Virus record (IMG/VR): IMGVR_UViG_3300032213_001813
Coordinates: 32,001-96,000 of that record
Length of the DNA: 64,000 nt
DNA from: a virus
Strand: one strand, 5' to 3'
The position numbers were made by a program, and so were the translations under genes. Below are positions 46,816 to 57,112 of this stretch, piece by piece (within the stretch, counting starts at the first letter, position 1; each line of letters opens with the position of its first letter). The notes beneath the pieces were generated by a model. The model ran no database searches. It worked only from the letters and a program-made list of their open reading frames with translations, and was not told where the DNA came from.

Positions 46816-47795
46816 TGAAGGTAGTTAAACACTTTGGTGGAGATGCACCCTATGGTATTATACCATATATACAAACAATATTTGATAAATTATCAGATGA
46901 AAACTCAAACGATTTATTCTTTAATGGAGTTCAGTTTATAGATGCCCCATATATGTTAGGTCAATATGAGGAAACTGGTAGAAGAGCATTATTAGCACAT
47001 TGGTCTCCTTGTGAGTTTTTAGTAACTCCAAATTATTACTATTTGGATGCATATGAACACTTTACTGAAGTATATTGTGTTTGTCCATTTACTTGTGATT
47101 TTATGAACAAATACTATGGTTACGAAAAGTTTATATACGTTCCATATCCATATACAAATCATACATTAAAATCATTTGGAGAATATGATTCAGTATCTTC
47201 TTGGTTTGGTTCTATAAATGGAGATGAGCATGCTGGGGCAATTGATGTTATTAGTAAATTTCCTTACAAATATATTACATCACAGCAAAATACTTGGTTA
47301 CATCATCCATATGAATATAACAAATGTACGCATGTTAATATTTCAACGGAAGATAAATTGAAAGAAGTAAGTAAGTGCAAAAGTTCACTTACATTTAATA
47401 AATTGTACAAATCACCCAATAGTCAATACAATCCTGGTATTGAGGGTAACAAACTTAAAATTTGGGAGCATAAATCGGAGGAGATATTACCTCAATTTAA
47501 AGTAAGAACACATGAAATTGCAACTTGTAAATCATTAATACTATGTAAAAAAGACCCTTGGAATTTGATTGAGGATTTTTACGAACCTGATAAGGATTTC
47601 ATCTACTTTGATAACTTATCAGAATTAGAAGACATTTTACATGATGTGGATACTAACTTTGAAAAATATGTACCAATAATAGAAAGTGCATATCAGACGG
47701 TACAAAAATATTCAGTAGAGAATTTTTTTGAATTCGTAAAAACAAAAGACAAAAACTTAATAAATTGGAAAAATAAAAATTATGGCATACTTTAA
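46815..47795 (+). CDS. CgeB-like / GT-B glycosyltransferase
   Basis: QFKVRTHEIATCKSLIL...FYEPDKDFIYFDNLSEL resembles the Glyco_trans_1_2 C-terminal domain. Confidence 0.65.
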   Translation: MKVVKHFGGDAPYGIIPYIQTIFDKLSDENSNDLFFNGVQFIDAPYMLGQYEETGRRALLAHWSPCEFLVTPNYYYLDAYEHFTEVYCVCPFTCDFMNKYYGYEKFIYVPYPYTNHTLKSFGEYDSVSSWFGSINGDEHAGAIDVISKFPYKYITSQQNTWLHHPYEYNKCTHVNISTEDKLKEVSKCKSSLTFNKLYKSPNSQYNPGIEGNKLKIWEHKSEEILPQFKVRTHEIATCKSLILCKKDPWNLIEDFYEPDKDFIYFDNLSELEDILHDVDTNFEKYVPIIESAYQTVQKYSVENFFEFVKTKDKNLINWKNKNYGIL

Positions 47796-48789
47796 AGAAA
47801 AAAATGTATTAGTAACCGGCGGTACTGGACTTGTTGGTAGAGAATTAGTAGAACTATTGGTAAAAGATGGTGCAAAAGTTACATCAATATCATTGGATGA
47901 TAATAACTTTGAATCGGATTGGGATGTAAACTACATCAAAGGAGATATTAGAGATTTCCAAACTTGCGTAGATGTAGTTAAAGGACAACAATATGTATTC
48001 CACATTGCTGGTATCAAAGGTTCTCCTGTATTGGTAAAAGAATTACCTTATGTATTCTTTACTAACTTTATTCAAATGAACACATCTATGATTGCAGCTA
48101 TGAACGCATCTGAAGATATGGAGTGGGGATTGTACACATCAACGGTTGGAACTTATGGACCGGCTGATGTATTCTATGAAGATAAATTGTGGGACCAAAT
48201 GCCATCTCGTAATGATTGGTTCGCTGGTTGGTCAAAAAGAATGGGTGAGGTTATGATTGATGCATATCAACAACAAACTGGAAAGAGAAACATTTCAATT
48301 ATCAAACCTGTAAACATTTATGGTAAGTTTGATAACTTTGATTTAAGAACTTCAACTTTAATTCCATCATTGGTAAGAAAGATTTCAGAGGCAACTGATA
48401 CGGTTGATGTGTGGGGAACTGGGTTATCTAAAAGAGATATCATTCACGCTAGAGATGTTGCTAGAGCAGCAATGCATATGGTAGAACATAAAGTTGATTA
48501 TTCAGTAAACATTGGTAAAGGTGAAGGTATTACAATTAGAGAGGTTGTAGAAACTGCAATTAAAGTATCTGGAAAGAGTTTAGATGTTGTATTGGATTCT
48601 ACTAAACCAACTGGTGATGATGCTAGAGTTGCTAACATTGATAAATTAAATGGAACTGGTTTTGTTCCAACTGTATCATTGGAAGATGGGATTAGAGAAA
48701 CTTATGAATGGTATCAACAAAACAAAAATTACAATGGAAGATATGATGCTTTCCACACAAACGATTACACAAATAAAATAGAAGAATAA
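47782..48789 (+). CDS. NAD-dependent epimerase/reductase (extended SDR, Fcl/GME-like) 1
   Basis: VTGGTGLVG, HIAGIKG, AGWSKRMGE, NIYG, VWGTG. Confidence 0.9.
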   Translation: MAYFKEKNVLVTGGTGLVGRELVELLVKDGAKVTSISLDDNNFESDWDVNYIKGDIRDFQTCVDVVKGQQYVFHIAGIKGSPVLVKELPYVFFTNFIQMNTSMIAAMNASEDMEWGLYTSTVGTYGPADVFYEDKLWDQMPSRNDWFAGWSKRMGEVMIDAYQQQTGKRNISIIKPVNIYGKFDNFDLRTSTLIPSLVRKISEATDTVDVWGTGLSKRDIIHARDVARAAMHMVEHKVDYSVNIGKGEGITIREVVETAIKVSGKSLDVVLDSTKPTGDDARVANIDKLNGTGFVPTVSLEDGIRETYEWYQQNKNYNGRYDAFHTNDYTNKIEE

Positions 48790-49475
48790 TGGCATATTAC
48801 AATTGGTTTAATGAGTATTTTAAGGAGAAGCACAAAAACTCAACAACGGAAGAAATATTAGATGATGTATTTTTGATGTTAGAAAAAAGAGGTGGTGAAT
48901 ATTTGAAACACAACTATGAGAGTTATAAACAACTTTGGATTGACCCGCAAGAAGATATTGTGAATAGTAAACCACAAGTAATTCAGCAGATTAGAGAAGA
49001 GTTATATGATTTTCTTAAATTGTTAATTGAAAACAATGTTAAGAAGGTATTACAAATTGGATTGGGACACTTTGGTTCAACTCAATTTTGTTTAAGTTTG
49101 ATTTGTGATGAGATTGTTACTGTTGAGTATGATATTAAAAACATAGCAAATTACGCAAATAGAGAGTTATTATATAACCAAAACAAAGAGCATTTTATCT
49201 ATGGTGATTCTGCTGATGTTAATGTAATATCACAAGCTGCTAACTATGGTAGATTTGATGCAGTATTCATTGATGGTAATCATAGTTACGAATATGTTAA
49301 AAGTGATTACCAACACTATTCACCATTTGTAAAGCAAGGTGGTATTGTTGCATTTCACGATGCTTGTTTGGATGCAGATAGATATGGTACTCCAAAAGTT
49401 ATTTCAGAGTTACAAAGAGAGGTAACACTTATTAAACATTCAAACGAAGTTGGTATAGCTTATTACATTAATTAA
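48789..49475 (+). CDS. Class I SAM methyltransferase (Methyltransf_24-like)
   Basis: LQIGLGHFGS, FIDGNHSYEYVKSDY, GGIVAFHD. Confidence 0.85.
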   Translation: MAYYNWFNEYFKEKHKNSTTEEILDDVFLMLEKRGGEYLKHNYESYKQLWIDPQEDIVNSKPQVIQQIREELYDFLKLLIENNVKKVLQIGLGHFGSTQFCLSLICDEIVTVEYDIKNIANYANRELLYNQNKEHFIYGDSADVNVISQAANYGRFDAVFIDGNHSYEYVKSDYQHYSPFVKQGGIVAFHDACLDADRYGTPKVISELQREVTLIKHSNEVGIAYYIN

Positions 49476-49476
49476 T

Positions 49477-50442
49477 ATGAAAAATTTACTAATATGTGGA
49501 GGTAGTGGGTTCATTGGGAGAAATTGCGTTGAGCATTTCTCCAAAGACCCAAACTATAAAATAACTGCTACTTATTTCTCCGAACAAAAATACGAACCAA
49601 TTGATGGTGTTGAATTTGTTAAGGTTGATTTAAGAGATGAAGCAGCTGTAAAAGAGTTGATGAAAGGTATGGATATTGTTATTCAGGCAGCAGCAACTAC
49701 AACTGGTGCAAAGGATGTAATCAACAGTCCATATTTGCATGTTACTGATAATGCGGTGATGAACTCTTGGATTTTTAGAGAAGCTGTATTAAATAAAGTA
49801 GAACATCTAATTTTCTTTAGTTGTACAGTTATGTATCAATCGAAAGATGTAGCTCAATCGGAAAATGATTGGTCAGCATCTGATAGAATCTATAAGAACT
49901 ATTTTGGAGTTGGTAATACTAAAGTATATTTGGAGAATATGTGTGATTTCTATTCTCAAATCGGAGATACTAAATTTACTGCAATCAGACACTCAAATGT
50001 ATTTGGACCATATGATAAGTATGATTTAGATAAATGCCATGTAGTACCTGCATTTGTTAATAAGATTATCAATTCTGAAAAAACATTAGAGGTGTGGGGT
50101 AATGGTGAAGCTAAGAGAGATGTTGTTTATATTGATGATTTAGTTGATATGGTTCAGAAAGTAATAGATAAGCAAGATAACAAATACGAACTATTCAATT
50201 GCGGTGTAGGTAGAGCATATTCAATTAGAGAATTGGCTGATGTATTGATGGAAGTTAATAATAAAGAATTGAAAATGCAATATGATGCATCTAAACCAAA
50301 CATACCAACAACTGTAATATTAGATTGCCAAAAAGCAAAAGATGTATTAGGTTGGACACCAACTACTTCAATTACTGATGGTATGCGGAAGACAAGTGAA
50401 TGGTATAAAGCAAATTACAAAGGAAGTACATTTATAAAATAA
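49477..50442 (+). CDS. Extended SDR (Fcl-like) 2
   Basis: CGGSGFIG, YFGVGNTK, HSNVFGPYD, VWGNGEAKRD. Confidence 0.9.
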   Translation: MKNLLICGGSGFIGRNCVEHFSKDPNYKITATYFSEQKYEPIDGVEFVKVDLRDEAAVKELMKGMDIVIQAAATTTGAKDVINSPYLHVTDNAVMNSWIFREAVLNKVEHLIFFSCTVMYQSKDVAQSENDWSASDRIYKNYFGVGNTKVYLENMCDFYSQIGDTKFTAIRHSNVFGPYDKYDLDKCHVVPAFVNKIINSEKTLEVWGNGEAKRDVVYIDDLVDMVQKVIDKQDNKYELFNCGVGRAYSIRELADVLMEVNNKELKMQYDASKPNIPTTVILDCQKAKDVLGWTPTTSITDGMRKTSEWYKANYKGSTFIK

Positions 50443-50446
50443 AATT

Positions 50447-51067
50447 ATGATAACGAATCATACAGAAAAAACACTTATTAAGTTTGAAGAGAGAGTATGT
50501 GATACTTTTATGAACAAAGAGATATTAGCTCCTGTTCACTTATATAGTGGTAATGAAAAACAAATGATTGATATATTTCAGAACATCAAAGAAGAAGATT
50601 GGCTTTTTTGTTCTTGGAGAAGTCATTATCAATGTTTACTAAAAGGAGTATCTGAAGAATTGTTGATGGATGAAATTAAAAAAGGACATTCAATCTCATT
50701 AAACTTCAAAGATTACAAAATATTCTCAACTGCAATTGTAACGGGAAATATTCCAATCGCAACTGGTGTTGCTTTATCTAACAAATTAAAAGATAATGGT
50801 GAGCATGTATATTGTTTTGTTGGAGATATGACATCTGAAACTGGATGTTTTTCTGAAAACTACAAATATGCATTGAACTACGATTTACCAATTACATTTG
50901 TGATAGAAGATAATAGTAAATCAGTATGTACGGATACTTTAAAAACGTGGAAGCAGGATAAACTTACATATGAATCTGAAAGTGGAACGGAGTTTGATAA
51001 AATTATTTATTACAAATACGAAAATAAATATCCTCACGCTGGAACTGGTGTAAGAATACAATTTTAA
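50447..51067 (+). CDS. ThDP-dependent enzyme, PDH E1-alpha-like subunit (short)
   Basis: HLYSGNE, SWRSH, IPIATGVA, VGDMTSETG...FVIEDN ThDP-binding motif. Confidence 0.88.
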   Translation: MITNHTEKTLIKFEERVCDTFMNKEILAPVHLYSGNEKQMIDIFQNIKEEDWLFCSWRSHYQCLLKGVSEELLMDEIKKGHSISLNFKDYKIFSTAIVTGNIPIATGVALSNKLKDNGEHVYCFVGDMTSETGCFSENYKYALNYDLPITFVIEDNSKSVCTDTLKTWKQDKLTYESESGTEFDKIIYYKYENKYPHAGTGVRIQF

Positions 51068-51078
51068 AAATTAGAAAG

Positions 51079-51609
51079 ATGAAATATTTTGATGAATTAA
51101 AAAGGTCAATGGAGTGGTTAGGTGAACAACCGAATACTATTTTTTTAGGACAAGCGGTTGAATACGCTGGAACTGCAATGACTAATACATTAAAGGATGT
51201 GAATCCTAACAAATTAATGGAAATGCCTGTTACTGAAGATATGCAAATGGGTATTACTAATGGGTTATCTATAAGTGGTTATGTACCAATTTCAATATAT
51301 CCTAGATGGAACTTTTTGTTGTTAGCTGTAAATCAATTGGTTAATCATTTAGATAAACTACCATTGATATCGGATTACAATACAAAGGTAATCATTAGAA
51401 CGGGTATTGGTTCGGAAAGACCGTTACATCCACAATTTCAACACATAGGTGATTATACTGAAGCATTTCAAAAAATGTTACCTAATGTTGAAGTTATTAG
51501 ATTGGATGAACCTGAACAAATTTTTGAAGCATATCAAAAGGCTTATAATAGAACGGATGGTAAATCAACTATTTTGGTTGAGTGGGGAGATTTTTACAAC
51601 GAAAAATAA
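51079..51609 (+). CDS. ThDP-dependent enzyme, E1-beta/transketolase pyrimidine-binding subunit lacking the C-terminal domain
   Basis: FLGQAV, EMPVTEDMQMG, NQLVN, PQFQH; 176 aa. Confidence 0.85.
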   Translation: MKYFDELKRSMEWLGEQPNTIFLGQAVEYAGTAMTNTLKDVNPNKLMEMPVTEDMQMGITNGLSISGYVPISIYPRWNFLLLAVNQLVNHLDKLPLISDYNTKVIIRTGIGSERPLHPQFQHIGDYTEAFQKMLPNVEVIRLDEPEQIFEAYQKAYNRTDGKSTILVEWGDFYNEK

Positions 51610-51612
51610 ATT

Positions 51613-52800
51613 ATGGAAAACAATTTTAAAATGCCTTTGATGACCGATAATATCTTTAGAGATGATATCAATAATCTAATAGAGTTTCTTCAACAAGACC
51701 CAATTCCAAGACTTACTAATGGTCCGAAGATTTTCGAATTTGAACAAAAATGGAATGAGTGGTTGGGTACAAAGTATAGTGTGATGGTAAATTCAGGAGC
51801 ATCTGCAAATGAATTAACTATGTTAGCATTAAGTTATATACATGGTAACGATGGAGAAATTATTGTACCACCATTGACTTGGATTTCTGATATATCATCT
51901 GTTGTATTTAGTGGATTCAAACCTGTGTTTTGTGATATCAATATGAAAAATCTTTCATTTGATATGGATAAGTTAATGGGTGTGATTACTGATAAAACAA
52001 AAGCAATATTTGTAACTCACGTTTTGGGATTAAATGCATTAACTGATGAGTTAATTGAATTATGTAATGAAAGGGGTATATTACTAATTGAAGATTGCTG
52101 TGAATCGCATGGAGCAACATTCAAAGGACAGAAAGTTGGTTCAATTGGATATGCTAGTAATTTTAGTTTTTACTTTGCACATCATATGAGTACTATTGAG
52201 GGTGGTATTATTAGTACAAATGATTACGAGTTTTATCAGATTCTTAGAGCATTACGTTCGCATGGAATGGCTAGGGAAATGAGTGATGAAACAATGAGAC
52301 AAAAGTATATTGATGATAACCCAATGTTATCCAAAGATTTTATTTTCATAACACCATCTCACAATTTTAGAACAACCGAAATAAATGCAGTATTGGGATT
52401 AAGTCAATTACCTAAGTTAGATATTCAAAATCTAAATCGTGTTAGGAATTTTAATCACTTTATTGGTAATATAGATTCTGATAAATTTATAACTGATTTG
52501 GATATCGAAGGACAATCCAATTACGCATTTATTTTGATTATGAAAGATAAATCATTTGAATTAAGAGATAAGATTGAAAATACTTTATCAGAGCATGGTA
52601 TTGAATTTAGAAGAGGATTATCTGGTGGTGGTAATCAATTATTACAACCATATATAAGAAAGAATTTTGATATCAATCACGTAGATTTTCCTAATATGGA
52701 ACATATACATAACTTTAGTTGGTATATTGGAAATCACCCACATTTAGAAATGGAAAAAATTGATTCATTGGTAAACCTATTAAACGAAACAGTAAAATAA
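51613..52800 (+). CDS. colD: ColD-like GDP-4-keto-6-deoxymannose 3-dehydratase (DegT fold, His instead of Lys)
   Basis: VNSGASANE, EDCCESHG, FSFYFAHHMSTIEGG: His occupies the Schiff-base Lys position, as in ColD and RfbH. The 395-aa length fits ColD better than RfbH. Confidence 0.75.
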   Translation: MENNFKMPLMTDNIFRDDINNLIEFLQQDPIPRLTNGPKIFEFEQKWNEWLGTKYSVMVNSGASANELTMLALSYIHGNDGEIIVPPLTWISDISSVVFSGFKPVFCDINMKNLSFDMDKLMGVITDKTKAIFVTHVLGLNALTDELIELCNERGILLIEDCCESHGATFKGQKVGSIGYASNFSFYFAHHMSTIEGGIISTNDYEFYQILRALRSHGMAREMSDETMRQKYIDDNPMLSKDFIFITPSHNFRTTEINAVLGLSQLPKLDIQNLNRVRNFNHFIGNIDSDKFITDLDIEGQSNYAFILIMKDKSFELRDKIENTLSEHGIEFRRGLSGGGNQLLQPYIRKNFDINHVDFPNMEHIHNFSWYIGNHPHLEMEKIDSLVNLLNETVK

Positions 52801-53660
52801 TGATAACTTTTCACAAATTAGGGGAATTGGGTAGGTTAGGTAATCAGTTATTTCAATATGCTGCATTAAAAGGATTGGGTTTACGGAACGGATATGAGGT
52901 AGTAATACCAAATCCACAAACAATGAATTGGCATGGGCAGACTTGTTTATTAGACCAATTTAACATTGAAGCTGGGTATTTGGATGACCAGAATATGTCC
53001 CAAATCCAATATATGTATTCAGAACCAAATTGGAATAAATATGACCCTACCTTTTTTGAAATACCCGATGGCAGTACAATCGAAGGTTTCTTTCAGAGTA
53101 CTTTTTATTTTGAAGGATTTGAAGAGCAAATTAAGAAAGAGCTAACGCCTAAATCGGAATTAGTTGAACAAAATAGAGAGTTCATAAATAAGATTAAATC
53201 TGAAAATGAAGGTTATGAAATAGTAAGTGTGCATGTTAGGAGAGGAGATAATATGACTAATGGTCAGACTGGTTTGATACAAGCATTTGAACCGGGTGGG
53301 ATGTATGAACAATACTTTAACAATGCTAAAAAAGTTTTTGATGGTAAGAATGTAAAGTTTTTAGTGTTTACTGGAGGACAGAGATTCAACGAAGATAATT
53401 CAACTGATGTAGAGTGGTGTAAAAACTTCTTCAAAGGAGATGAGTTTTTGTTTTCGGAAGGTCAGCCACAAATAGATGATTTTTGTAGAATTATGTTATG
53501 TGACCACAATATACTTTCGCACGCTAGTAGTTTTGGTTGGTGGGCAGCATATGTAAATCCAAATCCAAATAAAATAGTAGTAGCTCCTGAATACTACCAT
53601 CCAGATGAACCTGGTTTGAAAAGGGATAAGTTTTATCCAACGGAGTTTGTACAAGTTTAA
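52800..53660 (+). CDS. GT11 alpha-1,2-fucosyl/colitosyltransferase
   Basis: GRLGNQLFQYA, EGFFQS, VHVRRGD, SSFGWWAAY. Confidence 0.92.
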   Translation: MITFHKLGELGRLGNQLFQYAALKGLGLRNGYEVVIPNPQTMNWHGQTCLLDQFNIEAGYLDDQNMSQIQYMYSEPNWNKYDPTFFEIPDGSTIEGFFQSTFYFEGFEEQIKKELTPKSELVEQNREFINKIKSENEGYEIVSVHVRRGDNMTNGQTGLIQAFEPGGMYEQYFNNAKKVFDGKNVKFLVFTGGQRFNEDNSTDVEWCKNFFKGDEFLFSEGQPQIDDFCRIMLCDHNILSHASSFGWWAAYVNPNPNKIVVAPEYYHPDEPGLKRDKFYPTEFVQV

Positions 53661-53671
53661 CAAAATAAATT

Positions 53672-54373
53672 ATGAATTTAATATTTGATATAGGTTACAA
53701 TGAAGGAGAATTTACTGAAGTTTGTTTTAGTAAATATCCAAACGCAAGTGTGATAGCGGTAGAAGCTAATCCAAATTTATGTAGTATGTTGAAAAGAGAA
53801 TTTTCGGTAAATTACAACTTTTTATTACTAAACAATTTAGTATCCAATGTTGTAGGTGAAGAAATTGATTTTTATATATCTCACGAATCAACCGGAGTAT
53901 CTACGGCATCTACCGAATTTATGAATAATTCCCGATTTACAAAGGGTAGTAAAAATGTAGGAGCTAATTCGGTAAATTGGGCACCTCCTGTTAAAATAGA
54001 ATCCATAACAATTGATTCTATGATTGAAACATATGGTATACCTGATTTAATTAAAATTGATGTTGAGGGGTATGAATATACTGTGTTAAGTGGATTAACT
54101 CAAAAAGCTAGTGATATTTGCTTTGAGTGGCATGAGGAAGAAAAGGATAGTTTATACAAAATATTAGACCATTTACAAAGTATAGGTTACACACAATTTG
54201 GTGTAATTGGGTGGTTTGATGAAGGTGATGTATTTCCAAAAGCAACATTTTCTGATAAGGGAGACCCTTATTTAGAATACCCAAAAAACTTCTATACTTT
54301 GGAAGAATTAGAATTAGATAAATTAATACAACCAGAAAGAAGAGTAAATTACGGAATGTTTTTTGCACGATAA
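53672..54373 (+). CDS. FkbM-family methyltransferase
   Basis: IFDIGYNEG, AVEANP, IKIDVEGYE, FEW. Confidence 0.9.
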   Translation: MNLIFDIGYNEGEFTEVCFSKYPNASVIAVEANPNLCSMLKREFSVNYNFLLLNNLVSNVVGEEIDFYISHESTGVSTASTEFMNNSRFTKGSKNVGANSVNWAPPVKIESITIDSMIETYGIPDLIKIDVEGYEYTVLSGLTQKASDICFEWHEEEKDSLYKILDHLQSIGYTQFGVIGWFDEGDVFPKATFSDKGDPYLEYPKNFYTLEELELDKLIQPERRVNYGMFFAR

Positions 54374-54386
54374 ATAAAAACAAATT

Positions 54387-55340
54387 ATGAATATAGAACA
54401 ATTTAAAAACAAAAAGATTTTAATTACTGGAGCAGGTGGGTTTGTTGGCAGTAATTTAGTTACTGAATTAAAAACTCAAGGATTTACAAACCTATTAACA
54501 CCAGCAACATCCGAACTTAATTTAATTAACCAATCGGAAGTTGAAAAATATTTTGAAGAAAATAAACCCGAAGTTGTATTACACATTGCTGGTTTGGTTG
54601 GTGGTATTGCGGCTAACAAAGCTAGACCAGGTGAGTTCTTCTACAACAATGCAATGGTTGGTATTAACATAACCCATTTTGCTTATAAATACGGAGCAGA
54701 AAAAGTGGTATCCTTAGCAGCGGGTTGTGGTTATCCAAAAGAAATACCCGTACCATTTTCGGAAGATGATTTTTGGAATGGATTACCTGATATGAATTCT
54801 TATGGATATTCATTGGCTAAGAAAAACTTAATAGTACAGGGTTGGGCATATAAACAACAATATGGATTTAATACAACGGTATTGATTCCTGCTAACTTAT
54901 ACGGACCTTATGATAACTTCCATTTAGAAAATTCGCATGTTGTACCAGCGTTGATTAGAAAGTTTTTGGCAGCTAAAGAATCCAACTCACCAACTGTTGA
55001 AGTTTGGGGAACTGGTAAAGCAACTAGAGAATTCCTTTTTGTAGATGATACGGTTAGAGCAATCATAGATGCTATGGCTTGTGATGAAGTAGGTCCTTTT
55101 AATTTGGGAACTGGTGTTGAGACATCTATCAAAGAATTAAACGAAACCATAGCTAAATTAATAGGTTATGAAGGTGAGATTGTTTGGGATACAACTAGAC
55201 CGGATGGACAACCTAAGAGATTCTATGATATGAGTAAATTTAAAGAAACATTTGGTTATGTACCATCAACTCCATTAGAGGATGGATTGAAAAAAACAAT
55301 TGATTGGTATTTGAACAATAAAGAAACCGCTAGATTATAA
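54387..55340 (+). CDS. fcl: GDP-L-fucose synthase-like epimerase/reductase (Fcl/ColC)
   Basis: TGAGGFVG, AGLVGGIAAN, YGYSLAK, NLYGPYDNF...SHVVPALIRKF, WGTGKATREF, DGQP. Confidence 0.9.
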   Translation: MNIEQFKNKKILITGAGGFVGSNLVTELKTQGFTNLLTPATSELNLINQSEVEKYFEENKPEVVLHIAGLVGGIAANKARPGEFFYNNAMVGINITHFAYKYGAEKVVSLAAGCGYPKEIPVPFSEDDFWNGLPDMNSYGYSLAKKNLIVQGWAYKQQYGFNTTVLIPANLYGPYDNFHLENSHVVPALIRKFLAAKESNSPTVEVWGTGKATREFLFVDDTVRAIIDAMACDEVGPFNLGTGVETSIKELNETIAKLIGYEGEIVWDTTRPDGQPKRFYDMSKFKETFGYVPSTPLEDGLKKTIDWYLNNKETARL

Positions 55341-56131
55341 TGAAAGAAATTAATTTAAAATATGAGATACCACAAAATGTAACCAAAGCTAGAATAGATG
55401 TGGGCATGTGTATGACATCCCCACATGCGGCTTTATGGTTTCATAAATATGATAATATATGTGTTATTGGTGTAGAACCAAATCCATATAATTACGAAAG
55501 ATTATTTGATGGTGAAAACGGAATAAATGATTACAAAGTGGTAGTAAACGAAAATGCAGTAAAAATAAATAATGAAACTGTATGTAATTATGTTGAAAAG
55601 GGTAATTACTTTTTTCCAATTGAAGCCGCAATTGATAATGTGGATGAGGTTTGTACAAAAACATTCTATTGTACATCAATGTTAAATACAGGATGTTCAT
55701 CTTTGCATAAACCAATAGATGGTTCAGCTGGATTGAATGGTGTTACTACTGAAAGTGAGGTTGATGTAAATGTTATTTCATTGAAAATGGTATTAGATAA
55801 TTTTCCTTGGGATAGAATACCTGCAATAGAATTATTAAAAACCGATACTCAATCAAACGATTTGAATGTAATCAAAAGTTGTAAAGAGTATTTAAGTAAA
55901 ATATGTTTTATACATTCTGAATATTATGCACATTCTTCATACGATGGTGAAAAATCACAAAATGAATGCTTTGTAGAGTTTGACAATTATATGAAAGAAA
56001 ATAATTTTAGATGTTATTATAATAGTGCTACTGATGCTAGTTATATAAACAACGATTTATTAGAATACATATTTGCAAACAGCGTACTCAATGATGTGTT
56101 TGAATTTCAAAATGGTTATAATTTTATATAA
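55340..56131 (+). CDS. FkbM-like methyltransferase 2
   Basis: RIDVGM, GVEPNP, GCSSL, LLKTDTQSND, SEY. Confidence 0.75.
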   Translation: MKEINLKYEIPQNVTKARIDVGMCMTSPHAALWFHKYDNICVIGVEPNPYNYERLFDGENGINDYKVVVNENAVKINNETVCNYVEKGNYFFPIEAAIDNVDEVCTKTFYCTSMLNTGCSSLHKPIDGSAGLNGVTTESEVDVNVISLKMVLDNFPWDRIPAIELLKTDTQSNDLNVIKSCKEYLSKICFIHSEYYAHSSYDGEKSQNECFVEFDNYMKENNFRCYYNSATDASYINNDLLEYIFANSVLNDVFEFQNGYNFI

Positions 56132-56134
56132 AAT

Positions 56135-57112
56135 ATGAAGAGAGTTTTAATTACAGGTGGAGCTGGTTTTATTGGTTCGCATCTTACAAAAAGATTAGTT
56201 AAAGAAGGTTACAATATTACGGTAATCGATAATTTGGAAAGAGGTAAGGCTGAATTTATATCAGATGTAATAAATGATATTAAATTTGTTCAAGCTGATT
56301 TAAGAGTTTGGGATGATGTAAAGGATTTGTTTTTAGATAAGGATATAATAATCCACTTAGCTTCTAAAGTTGGTGGTATTGGTACTTACTTATCTAAACC
56401 ATATGATGTGATGAACGCTAATATGGAAATGGACAGTAACGTATTAAGGGGTATCATTGAAAATAAAATCACTAAATACTTTTACGCATCATCAGCACAC
56501 ATTTATCCAAAGGAATTGCAAACGATAGCCGATTCTCCAATGATTAAAGAATCAGATGCATATCCAGCCAATCCAGAACTAACATATGGTTGGGCAAAGT
56601 TAATTGGTGAAAAGGCAATTGAATCTGCGGTAGTTGAGTATGATTGGATGAATGTAGCAATTGCAAGATTCATTGGTATCTACGGACCAAATCAAGATTT
56701 CCAATTAGAGACAGGTTCGGTTATTCCGGTGTTTTCACATAGAGGTGTGAAGTATCCCGAAGTACCATTTAGAATTTGGGGAACTGGAACTGAAACCCGT
56801 TCGTATTGTTTCATTGAAGATGCATTGGATTGTATTCAAAAAATGGTTGAAGCATTGGATACTAAGCAATTGGTTGGACCTTACAATGTTGGAAAGGGTG
56901 AGAGATGTACCATATCAGATATAGCAGAGACTGTTGTTGATATTAGTGGTAAATACATCCAAATAGAATACGATACAACAAAGAACACAGTAATTTGGGG
57001 ACAGTGGTGTGATTGTAGTTTAGTAAAAGAAGAGTTGGGATGGGAAGCAAAGACTTCGTTGAGAGAGGGATTGGAAGTAGTATATAACGATATAAAAAAT
57101 AGATTAGTATGA
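56135..57112 (+). CDS. GDP-mannose 3,5-epimerase-like SDR
   Basis: TGGAGFIG, HLASKVGG, YASSA, DAYPANPELTYGWAK, WGTGTETRSY. Confidence 0.8.
   Translation: MKRVLITGGAGFIGSHLTKRLVKEGYNITVIDNLERGKAEFISDVINDIKFVQADLRVWDDVKDLFLDKDIIIHLASKVGGIGTYLSKPYDVMNANMEMDSNVLRGIIENKITKYFYASSAHIYPKELQTIADSPMIKESDAYPANPELTYGWAKLIGEKAIESAVVEYDWMNVAIARFIGIYGPNQDFQLETGSVIPVFSHRGVKYPEVPFRIWGTGTETRSYCFIEDALDCIQKMVEALDTKQLVGPYNVGKGERCTISDIAETVVDISGKYIQIEYDTTKNTVIWGQWCDCSLVKEELGWEAKTSLREGLEVVYNDIKNRLV

Noticed and set aside
50447-51609. Pyruvate dehydrogenase auxiliary metabolic genes
   Set aside because: No E2/E3 in the window, the beta subunit is truncated, and the genes sit inside a nucleotide-sugar operon; a sugar carboligase role fits better.
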